Shown here in pieces: positions 1 to 12,000 of a stretch of DNA of 64,000 nucleotides. The DNA comes from Nitrospirales bacterium (GTDB lineage Bacteria > Nitrospirota > Nitrospiria > Nitrospirales > UBA8639), in assembly GCA_965203295.1 (NCBI GenBank), contig CBDBCZ010000017.1, positions 1,952,001 to 2,016,000 on the forward strand. Direction: 5' to 3'. The notes beneath the pieces are model-generated. The model saw only the letters and a program-made list of their open reading frames with translations, was not told where the DNA came from and did no database searches. A program made the translations under genes and the position numbers. Every line of letters starts with the position of its first letter. Position 1 is the stretch's first letter.

Positions 1-6
1 TCTCAC

Positions 7-3000
7 TGATAGCATGAAGATGGCGCTCCTTTTCCCCGTAGAGCTTGGCTATGATTTTCCTCTCCAGATAAGTGGTAATGCCTTCATTCAACCTGCAGGC
101 ACACATAACACTACTGTCATACCTACTACAGTGATCACTGTAACAGACACTTGCTCTCTACAAATACAGTACGTTATTAGTGGAAGAACAGCAAGCAAAG
201 ATTCGCATGTACAGGGTGAGACAGGTGGGTCTCCAATATGCCACCACTATTACACTTACGTGTACACATGCCTTACCCAACAATAATACACAATAGCCTC
301 TAGCTGGCATCATCTATTATGGCACCATAATATATTGCCCAAAATTATAAACCATGACATGATATTACTTTAGGACTGGCACGTATAAGCTGAGGTTTGA
401 ATACTTCTAGACACCCACTGTTATTGCTTCACTTATTTGTCTCTTGTTTCCCATACTGGCTTGTTGGTTCTCTGCATGCTGGATAAGAGTGATGCTTGGG
501 ATTCTTCAAGTACTGGTCCTTGAACTTAAGCCAAATTTTATTCTGGGTGCAGTGAGTCCTCATATGCTTACCATTTCTATAGCAGCTGCCAGCCCAGATG
601 ATTAGTAGTACATCTGAACATCTAACAGTACACATTAAGTGCTTGAATGGCAGTACTGAGAAACAGCCAAACCTGGTAGGTTTACACAAGTCATTTAGGC
701 ATTGTTACACACATGTATTTACATCCACAAATGACTTGTGCAAGCCTACCATGTTTGGTCATCTCTCAGTACTTCCACTTAATATGGTATGAGTACTGTT
801 GGCAGCATAGATGTGCAAAGGTTTTGACACAGCTAGAGCAGTTTTGATCGGCTCATTTAGTTTCTCTACTCATCCAGCCACAGCTCATTCTCCGGTATTA
901 TACTAGGAGCATTCCATAAATCTGTAATTAATTGCATTGTACATTCTATAAGTCTATAAACTGTGTAGTAACCGCTATGAATGTGCAGGACAATTTATCA
1001 AATTAACAAATGGGCCCAACATGTACATGAAAAAGTATATTGACCAGTAGACCTGAGACAGAAGTGTAGAAGTAGATGGGTTCAAGGAAGGGTACGCCAA
1101 TGAAAAACTCAAGAGTTGAGGGGACTTTCCCCCAATTTTTTTAGACGCTACCCTCTTTACTGTCTCTTCCCAATCCTGAACCACTGCCGATAAGGTGATA
1201 GTGTGTGGCAAAGCGGTGCGGTGGTGGGATGGTGAAGTTAAAGAGAAGATTAGGTTGAGAAGACAGGTTGTTAAAGAGATTAGTAGTGGCAGGGAAGATA
1301 AATGGGGAGAGTATTACAAAGTACGTTCAGAAATCAAGGAATAGGTACGTAAGAAAAAATTCAATAGTTGAAATGAGGTGATTGAAAAGGCTTATAAAGA
1401 TTTTTATGAAAACCGAGTTTTGAGCATTTGTTGGTAGGACTTCAAAGGGTAGTCGTAAGGGTATTGCTTCTTTGAGGAGTACTTCAGGTTCATGTGTAAC
1501 CAGTACTAAGGGAAAGTTAGAAGTATTACGTGAGCATTATGAAAGGTTGGATACAGCATTATTGGATGATCAGTTTGATGACAGTTGGAAAGAGCATATA
1601 GAAAAAAGTGCCAGAGTATTAGTGAAATGCCTAGTTTGCAGAAGGATAAGGTTTTGGATAGAGGGATTAGTAATGCAGAAATTAAACTGAAAGCCTAAAG
1701 AATAATAAAACAGGAGGTAATGATGGGCTGGTTGGGGAGCTTTTTCAGTACAGTGGCAAAGGAATGGCTAATCTGTTGAAAGTCTTATGTGCGGTGTTTG
1801 GATAGAGGAGAGTATTCCTAAACAATGGAGACAAAGGTTAAATTGTTAGCTTGTACAAGTACTTGCGCTCGCTTCGCTTGCGCAAGTACTTGTGCGTGTT
1901 CAACTCGCTCACACTGTATAGATAAAAATGAAGTGTGACCTCTATGTGATTCGCATGGAACAGTATAGCATCTTCTGCCAATGAAGCAGTGCTTTTGACT
2001 AAGTAAACATGTCAGTGTTGAAAATTGACTCGTCACAGTGGGGGGTAAGTACACAGTACGTGTGCACACTACATTTTTTTAGAAGCCAAAGCATGTATTT
2101 TGTAATGTTCATGTAGTATAGCTATCATATGGAATGTGGAGCATCTGCCAGTGGCAGTAGCCTGATCGAGACTTTGACAGTAGTTTTCTGCTTGAGCCAT
2201 GTGGAGGCAGTAACTCAAAAGGAGAAACTGCAAACAATTACAAAACCATACCAACATCAGCACATGTAGGCGAAGGGAACTGACTCCATTTAATGTACAT
2301 CGTCGTAGTTTGTCTAGCGTAGCAGTTACAGCTGTGCATGGTTTGCACTTACAGGACTATACAGCCACTAACCTTCGCAACAGAGCGCGCTCGAAGTGCT
2401 GATTTGAGGTCATCATGATAATACCGTCGGCTGTCAAAGCATCCCAACGCACGCAGCCGTCGAAATCGTCCCAACGCATGCAGCGGTCAAAGTACTAATT
2501 AGCTATGTACACATATGATGATGTCACGGTCTTCTCGCGTATTCTCGCGGATTCGAGGGTCATTAGTGTACGTCACGTCCGTTACGCACGCACACACGCA
2601 CACACAGAACTAACATTAAAGTATTGATAAGAAAAGTGACGCTGAGGACCTGAGTAATTACAGAGGCATTACACTATTGAATGTGGTAGGAAAGCTGTTT
2701 TGCAAGATTCTAAATAATCACTTAGTAAGCAGGATTTAGAGAGAAAAGAAGTTGTGTTGATAACATCTTCACTCTAAAATGAAATTATACAAGGTACATG
2801 TAGAATGAGGGAAGGAAAGCACACTTACGCTTTTTTCTTAGATGTTCAGAAAGCATTTGACACAGTTTGGCATGATGGTTTATGGTTTAAGTTATGGGAA
2901 CTTGGGGTTAGGGGTAGGATGTGGGGAGTTATTAAGAATATGTATGACATCACACAGAGTGCTGTTTTGCTGGAGGGAGACATATCTGAGCCATTCAATA

Positions 3001-6000
3001 TAAGGTCAGGGAGTGGCACAGGGTTATAGTATGTCGCCTATTTTCTTTTCCATTTTAATTAATCAGTTGTTAGATGAGGTTGAGAAGGCTGGGATTGGCT
3101 TTACTGTTAAAAAGGATGTTAAGGGTGGGGGTCTAATGTTTGGTAATGATTTTGTAGGTTTAACTACTAATGCTGAGGACTTTTAAACCTTGATTATATT
3201 GTAGTGTAGGGGTTTTGTAATAAGTGGAGGTTGAAATTTAACAAAAAAAAGTACTGTTATGGAATTTTCTAAAGAGATTGATACAGGTGCATGCATGCAC
3301 ATGGAAGTGGGGAGATAAATACATTCCAGAGGTTGTAAGTTATTGCTACTTGGGCATTGAATTTGCAAATAATGGTTCATGGGATAGTCATGTACAGGAG
3401 GTAAAAAAATAGTGGAGAGAAAAACTGAATCAATTACATAGGTTTTAAAGTGATAGCTGTACAGGAGTTGCAAGAAGGTTGTTGTTAGTTTCGGTACTTC
3501 GCCCTACTTCAGAGTATGGTAGTGCAAGTGTGGGCTTGTAATAAAAGGCAGACAGCTTCCTTGGAATCTATTCAGCTAGGAGCAGCTAAAAAGATACTTG
3601 GCTGCTCTTCTAAAACGTGTAATGAAGCAGTAAGGGGGGATATGGGGTTAGAATCTTTGAAAGGCAGGAGTGAAAGATGCAAACTTAAGTCAATAATTTG
3701 GATGCTGAGAGATTACTACTAGACAGTGAGTGGGAAGTGAAGCCGTGTAGGGGTAGGCAGAGGAAGACCTGGAGGAAAGTCAATAGTGAATTGTTGCTGC
3801 AGTTAAATCTAGACAGTCAGGAAATACATGTACTAGCTGAAGATTATAATGTAAACTTGTTTTAGAGAGAATAGATGAAGCATTGTGATGCAGAGAATAT
3901 AAAGACTTTAATGATGGCTTAAATAGTATTGGTCTTTTTGTATGGAAATAGAATTTAAAAATTACTTGCGGGGGGTTGGGGATCCAGGAACACGATTTAT
4001 GCTTAAGTTCAGGTCTGGTACTAATGGTCTGAATGAAGAGTTAGGAGTTAGGAAGACATCGAGGTAAAAATGATGATAGGCAATGTAAGATATGTGCACT
4101 CAATAATTTTGAGGACAGGCTTTGTTTTAAGGTGTGAGTAATTGGGAAGACATGATTTTAAGGCTTTATTAAGGCTAGTTAAGAGTTATATTTTATTGAA
4201 CTGGGATACTAGGAAGAATAAATTATATATCTCGTCCTCTGACTGGAGATCTTTCAAGCTCTACCTGCGTATGTGGGTGCGTGGTCGATGGCGTAAGCAC
4301 TACAGCAGCGACATGAGTATATTGACCAGTAGGCCAATCTTTATACTGTATACGTACACTTTACAGGTTTCCAATATGTACGACTTCTAGCAATTGCAAT
4401 TATCAGGTCTTTATTAAGTACATCACCATCTCTGCTTGCCCATTGTATTACACTCCAGCAATGTGTTAAGACATGGAGCACACTCACCAGAAATGTTCCC
4501 AGGTTAAATTAGTCACCAGGTTCCCAGTCCAGCTGTGACTGATCTCGTGGGCCACCACCTGCAGATATGGAAATGAACAAATAAATGGTGGATTATATGA
4601 TAGCCTGATTTCGAAACCCTGGTGCATTTTTTAATTAATCCTCGTGTGTTCCACCAAGCCTGATGTCTCTTAGTGTGTATTTGCTGAGGCTGCAAGGCCA
4701 ATATAGGCTGTTATGCAGTACTACCATCCCTGAAGAGCAAGAGCAAGATCTGGTTCTCCCCATCTGCCCCCCTTCCACCAGTCTGCTTTCCGCCATATCG
4801 TGCAGAAGCAGGAAGGTCTCATCATGTCAATTACACCATAATCCAGTTAAGCAGTGGCAATTTATATTACATGTACGTATTATATGGGGTGTTGGCGCCA
4901 TCCCTACAGAGAGAATCTACATAGAAGGTACTGGGCTTCAAACGTACCTCTATGCAGTATTTCCTATTATGGCAAACTGTCCAATATCCTGTGATATTGG
5001 ATGGCTTGATGAACAGGCCATATGAATCATGGGTGGTGTGTACAATACACAACTCATTGACTGGGCAGCCATCCAATATCACTGGATATTGGACTCGTCT
5101 TGCTTGTATTTGGCTTGTCCTACGAACTCGCCCACATACAGCACAGACTCGTTCAATATCGGATGGCTACCCATCTAATATACATACATGCAAGTGCAAA
5201 TGCTACATGTATTATAACACAATTGTGTTAATGGTATGTTTACGTACAGCTGCCAATGATCGGTCTCCAGCCTAAAGGAAAATAAAAGTTGGTTATCAAT
5301 TACAGTGAATTATAAGATCTCTTATTCCACACTTAATCTTCTCAATGACCCATAGAAATGACCAACATGATTGTTTTCAACAGTAGCTTGTAATATTACG
5401 TAAATTGTATAGGTGTGAGTGTTATCAAGAATGATTGCGTTTAAGGGCTTAGGTCCAACTAGAAGTTTCGCTACATTTGCGCACATTTAGAAAATATAAA
5501 CTTCATGCATTATGCTAACGTAATACTTTCATGTACAAAGTAAAAGCGTTAGTGAGTTGCCCGAAAAATCTGTCACAGTAAATCCCAGGACTCGTGAGCT
5601 ATTAGTAGGTCTGATTGGCGGATATGCTAAACTTCTAAGGGGCTTACATATCCAGACATCAAGAATGAAGACTTATCACATTTTTCCAGAGTGTACAGAG
5701 CCGACTTTAAAAATGCAAATCGTGGGCATTATTCTCTAACGGAAGGCGATAAGTCTTCATTCTAAATGTCTGGACATGTAATTTATGGACTTAAAGATAC
5801 AGCCATGGCTTCAGCTACATCTGTCTCTTGGATTCGGAGGGATTTACCGCGAATGCGTTTTGAGCAGGTAAGTGGATTTAGCGCCTGCAGGGTGGAAAGA
5901 CTGCACATATCGACAAAATTCGTGTTCCTAGGCTTTCTCCAGTCTTTATACTTTAGCCCTGCGTAGCTTATGTGGCCTTCCATTGCTGTGTTGTCGAGCT

Positions 6001-9000
6001 ATGAGTGTCAAAACTGAACGCAGTCGTGAATTTTTAATATTTTTCCACTTCCGGTTGGGCCAAAGCTGATATCTAGGTGCAAGTAAGGTAAAAATTGACA
6101 TAGAGGCTATGATCACTTCTACGATGTAGAGAGGATACCACGATTTCTACCATGGGCAGCCTTTACAACTTTAGCAGCATGTGGGTAGCCTTGAACCCAG
6201 CTGAAGAATTAAGGCCAGGGTTTGAAGCTAGCATGTGGGTATGATGCACACACAGTCATCAGTAATACATGTGCATACGTAGTACACGATACTCACTATA
6301 GTGGTGGGAGATACAAATGTCAAAGTAGGGTTCTCCATGCCACCGTACGGAAAGGAGGGAGGCAAAACCAGGAGATCATAATGCCCCCACAAGTAGACAC
6401 CAACTATCTCCTCTGCAGCTTGTAGCATCTTCTCAGTCTGTATGGGTTGTGTGTGTGTGTGTGTGTGTGTGTGTCCGTTTTTGTGAGCTGCCCAGCCTAC
6501 TTTGATGCACCATGCACACACAGCAAGTATAGCTTTTTTATGAGTATGCCCTTTACGTACGTAGGCTCTCCCAAGCAACAAAGGCTGTGCAGAGGCCTGC
6601 GAACGAGGCTACACTTTATGTACATGTACCTCTTCAAATTCCCAAGCAGCCTGATCCACCATCTCTTTCTCAGACCACACATGGCTGCGAGGACCGATCT
6701 TCCTGAGAGTTGGGAAGGTGAAAGCACATGCCCAAATCAAAAATACTCTTTATGATATACAGTACATCTAAAAGTGATTTACAATGCACATATGGCAACA
6801 ATCAAGGTGTACAGAAACTATACAGTCTAGCCGTTTTCACAATAAGTACCTTAAGGTGACTATCAATTCATGGAGTATGGTAGTACTCCATATGTAGGGA
6901 TTGCATGGGGAAAAATGACCACCCCATATGCGTAAAAAGTACGCAACTAAAGAAATTAAATGAACGCTGTAGTGTGTATATGCGAGTAATGTTAGCGGGA
7001 GGCAATGCCATGCAATACATGTAATTATGAGTATGCACGGACGTAAACCAAAGTGCACATAGCTTGCGCATGTATGAGTAATAATTAATTTTTGCTGGTA
7101 CAAATTTAGCGAATGTTTCAAAATCACTAAATTGTGCTAAAAATTTGTACCCTCAAATAGAGTCTAGTAGTCACCATGCAATATCTCAAAACCATACATG
7201 TACGTAGTATGGTAGTCTCGTGCCCAGCTTCACATTAGAAAGGTGGGTCTGGCTCTCCGTATATTCAAAGTTGGGTTAGCATTACATCATATTACATAAC
7301 CAAACGGACGTCACAGCTGCAGTGTCAACATGGTCACTAGTATGGATACCCAGATACTGTACTGCAACCATTTAGTGATGTAATACTATAATCAACCAAT
7401 CACACTGCTGGTCCAGATCTGGGACAGCTGACATAATGCTGCCTCAACTTCGAATATACGGGGAGCCAGACCCACATTTCTAATGTGGGGCTGGGCATGA
7501 GACTAGTAGTATGTGAGAATTACAGTGTAGATGTAGCTGATAAATTGGGCTGTATTTATGACAACTGGATACGTACACAGAAGTGTACTGCATAAAAATA
7601 TGAACTTAGGTTGAGGACCTGGAGCGTCTTTGTATGAGTATAAAAGCATGAGATATCAAGACTGCGGGGACTACCAGAACAAAGGGTGCACATGTGCATA
7701 ACTATAACCTCCTACAGCAATGTACACTGCCATCAAAAGATTGAAGGGTAAAGTAAAAACAATATGAATTAATACTATAAAGGAGGAAAGTGGAACACAA
7801 CACCATTGTAATTACTCTTTGGGAAATAAACAAGAGAATTTGACAATACATTTTATAGCTGTTGTGCCAAGTCAGCTGCAGATTAAACGTGGCTGTCTGT
7901 GGATATTGCTTTCGAGTGAGTGTAGTGTGCTTCTGCTGCTCGTTTGACTTTGAAAACACTTGTTGATGTGCATTATTTGGAATATCAATAGTACGTCAGA
8001 TAGCTATTCTATCTTCTTAGTTGCGGTTTGTAAATAAAAGCGACTTGTACGTTTCTATAACAACTACTGTTCATACATACTCGGCTCTTCTCATCACTCC
8101 GTACACTGCTGTGTTTTTAACATCGTTGTAAATTACCCCACAATAATAATTACCCTACGTCATTAGTAGTGCAACAAGTCTGACATTCATGTCTAAAAAA
8201 CCAGCCGGGAACCGTTCCTGTACAGTACACACAACTCAGCTCAGACGAAGCTAACTGCAGCTGTAGAACTACACTATGCTACAGTAGGCATCCTGCAGAA
8301 ACTGATAGCAGTTGAACGCAGTACAGCCAAAGTGCTGACTCGGCAGGTTCGTCGTGCGCTTCCAGTTAGTAGCAATACGTCACAAAAACAGGATTTTTAC
8401 AGCTGCCTACCACGTTTTAGCCATCTAGGCAAAACACAACTACGTACCTTCATTTGCTGTAGTTTGGACTACAAACCTATAAAAGCTGCTGTAAACTGCA
8501 GTTGCATAGTAACGTATGACGTAATTATTGCACAGTGGTAAGTGTGGACGCACAATTACAAACAGACAAACGCGGAAACGTAAAGTAATCTTAGGACCAG
8601 CCGTTCGCGTGCTTTGTATGCTTCGGCTGATACAAATGCACAGTTTTTGAATGGAATGACCAGTCATTATTCTCCCGAGAGTACAGTATGTATGCTAAAC
8701 ATGAGGCTCTCTATGCCTATATCAACTGTAGCTAGCTACATGTATCTGTTTGCTACACTATTGACAAATAACTCGAGAATTGGTGGGCAGTGAATTCACT
8801 GAAACTGGCTTCTAAAATATCTGGGGGGAGGGTTGATGTCGAAATACACTGCTAATGGCATCTCCACTTTACGCTTCCTACAGGCCAGTACTATGTATGG
8901 GTCTGCAGCAGTTTGTTCAAGTGGCTTAGTAGCCTCGTTCCCAAGTAATATAAATTACTTCCTCTTTTCTCCAGCCCTTAGGAGGTGATGATGCCACTTT

Positions 9001-12000
9001 ATTGGCTGATCAGAGCTGCTTTTATAGCCCCGCTGTAAGTGGTTTGGTACAAGTACTGGTATTCATTCACCCAGAATGTGATTACAGTTTACTCTTAGGT
9101 GAAGCCAAACGTTGAGGCTACACATTTGATGTTGGCCCAATTCAGAAATAACGCAGGTTAGTACACTCCTATAGCCTTGACATACATGTAATAAAGTATG
9201 AAAATAATTACCATAAAGCTATTAATTAGGCTGCAACGCGAGATTACCAAGTTGCCGTTTGGTGACACAGGTACGTGCTCTGAAAGCGTCGCTCTCTGTA
9301 TGTTGTCATAGTGAGCCAATACTTTCACCATTTGCAGGGCCTTCCCCATGCAGTTCAGAGACATTCTGACCACAATTCTAGCCACTGAACAGGTATAATT
9401 AACTCATTGCGTGCCAAGGGCCAGCCCTATATGTAATCCTTCCACTACATCAAAGTGCCCTTAGAAATGTCAAGTTTGTATGGCCAGGAGGGGCAACCCA
9501 TTCCTTTATTAGCCACAAAATTGTGATTACTACAGTAATGATGTACATGTAACTGTGCTGAAAGTCAATCTACTACACACTAGATTGTCTAGTTTGTCAG
9601 TTACAGAATTCTGAGGCCAGCTGTAAGGGGTGTAAGAGTTGCTAATACCTTCAAGTGTGAACGGCTAGTGAGAATTAATTACGGCTGCTTTACATTTACT
9701 GCACTGAAGAAAAGAGCTCCCAAGTCGTATTGTATATTTTGCCATGTATATCTATTCTATTACATGAATAGTAGGATACACTTCACCCACACTACAGTGA
9801 GACTCCTCACACAGGCATTGGTATGGACTCTTCAACCACACAAAGTTTACCGGAACAGTGCATCCACTGCTACTCGTGTGACTTTCAACGAATCAGAAGT
9901 CTCAAAATTGATCGTATGACCGTGAATTAAGCACACGTAAGCATTACGTCAGCGGTCCCAGATCTGGACTGGCAAAGTGATTGGTCAATTATAGTATTAC
10001 ATCACCAAACAGTTGTAGTATCCGGAACTCCATAGTAGTGGCCACTCGATCACTTTAGCTGTGACATCTGTTTGGTTATGTATAATATGACGTAACACTA
10101 TAACCCAACTTTGAATACGCAGGGAGCCAGATCCACCTTTCTAACATTGGGCTTGGCACGAGACTAGTCAGTGAGAGAAATAAATATACTAATGCACTGT
10201 AGTCTATCTACTATGGTAGGCCCTTTCAGGCCCCCAAAAATTGTTCGCACCTCTTCTTCCAGGAGGTGCTTAGAAACAATCCAACAAACAAGTAACATGT
10301 GCAGCTCTCTCCTTATAAGGGCAGACTTGCACAAAACACTTGTGGGTTTGTAATAGTGACAATTAAAGCGCATGAATAAAATTATAATGTTACCCTATAT
10401 GCACTAATGTGAATTGACAATTAACACAGTGACTCTACTGTCACCATACAGCAAGTCCAGCTCAGGAACACACCTCGGCTAGCCCATCGGTAGCCTCATT
10501 CCCAGTCTTTCCCACCCCAGCTTTTATCTCGGAGCCACGGAGAAATAACGAGGGGGAGGGCCTGGTACCACGTACTTATCACGTTACGTGATGTAGTTAT
10601 TTGCCAATGCAATGATACTTACATGCGCATGCACTAATAAAAAACGGCAACAGACAAGCACAGAATCCTAACCCTACTCGGGCGTTTTTATCATCAAAAA
10701 GAGTGATATACGTAGCATTTCACATTTGCTAGGAGGCATTGAAATCAGCAGGTTACTGAACAGCCATTTGTTCCATTTCTGGTTCTTTTTTCTTTCAACA
10801 CGACAACGCAATATGACAGTTATTCTAACACAAACAGACATACCTTTTTCTGGAAAATTGAATGCAAAGCATAGCTTTTTGAAAAACTCAAATTCATTCA
10901 GCAGTGATTCACGAGCACTCTTCAGTAAACACTTGCCGTTTCACGCCATTTAATGACTCAGATTGAGCATGCACAGACTACCTGCTACCACGTGCTCATC
11001 TATTTAAACCTACCCTTCATCGTTGCCATGAGCTCTGGTTTGCTAGTGCATGGCTACGTAAGTTACACGAACTGTAGGTACAAAATGAATAGTCTTACTT
11101 ACAATTGCGATTGCATTGTGGTGGTACAAGTTCAAGACAGCTTATGGCAGAGGTGCTGTTAAAATTCGGCAGACTCTACCCAGGGTCACAAGGAAACTTT
11201 CATTCAGTCACTCTTCTGTAAGTACCATATGTAAGTCCTAATGGGATGAGTGATGCTGGAAACATAGATATAGGGAAAGGGCCCGGCAGGCGTCCATCCA
11301 TTGAAGCATGTGCGAGTACCGTGTTCTTTCTACCTCTACCATTCAACAAGACTGTCTGGAAACTAGAGCAGGTGGAGCACCTTTAAGTTAGCAATGCTCC
11401 ACCCGATCCTCAGTTGTACAGTCAATGGTAAGTCGCAACCATGGGGCAAGTGTGTGGCATATAGCCTAGTTGACATGAACTTCGCCAAGACTGCCACAGT
11501 AATTCTAAAATCAATTCAATTCTCTTTTGACGCCGAATGACTAACAATTTGAGGAAGAAAAGGGCCCAGAATAAACAATGGTACATTCAAAACTGACAAA
11601 GTATAAAGTCTGCAGCTAGGGCAGCTTCCCATGCAAGCTATAGCATTGACCCTGACAAGCAGCCTCACATGCCAGTTACACAGCTGACCCTGACACAAGA
11701 CCTCCCCCCCATGTTGATACTGACTGGAGTACAAATCGAAACCTATACTACACACACCATCCTCAAACACGTTCCATTCCAATACCACACACATTTACAT
11801 TTACACATTTGTTACAACTTCACAAAAAACACCCCAAAACAAGTTACAGAAAAGGCACTTTGCCAAAAAGTGCAAAAAACAAGTCATGTAGGGATGCACT
11901 TCCACCAAAAAACACCTCCCCAAAAACAATAAGTGACAGTGCACACCGCAATGCATGCACAGACTACCCACACATCACAGCGCAATGCATTTACCACATA

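Noticed and set aside
1051..1194. Twin-priming 5' inversion of the LINE
   Set aside because: The TSD lies 74 bp further upstream and the intervening sequence appears to be sense LINE, so the inversion is internal.
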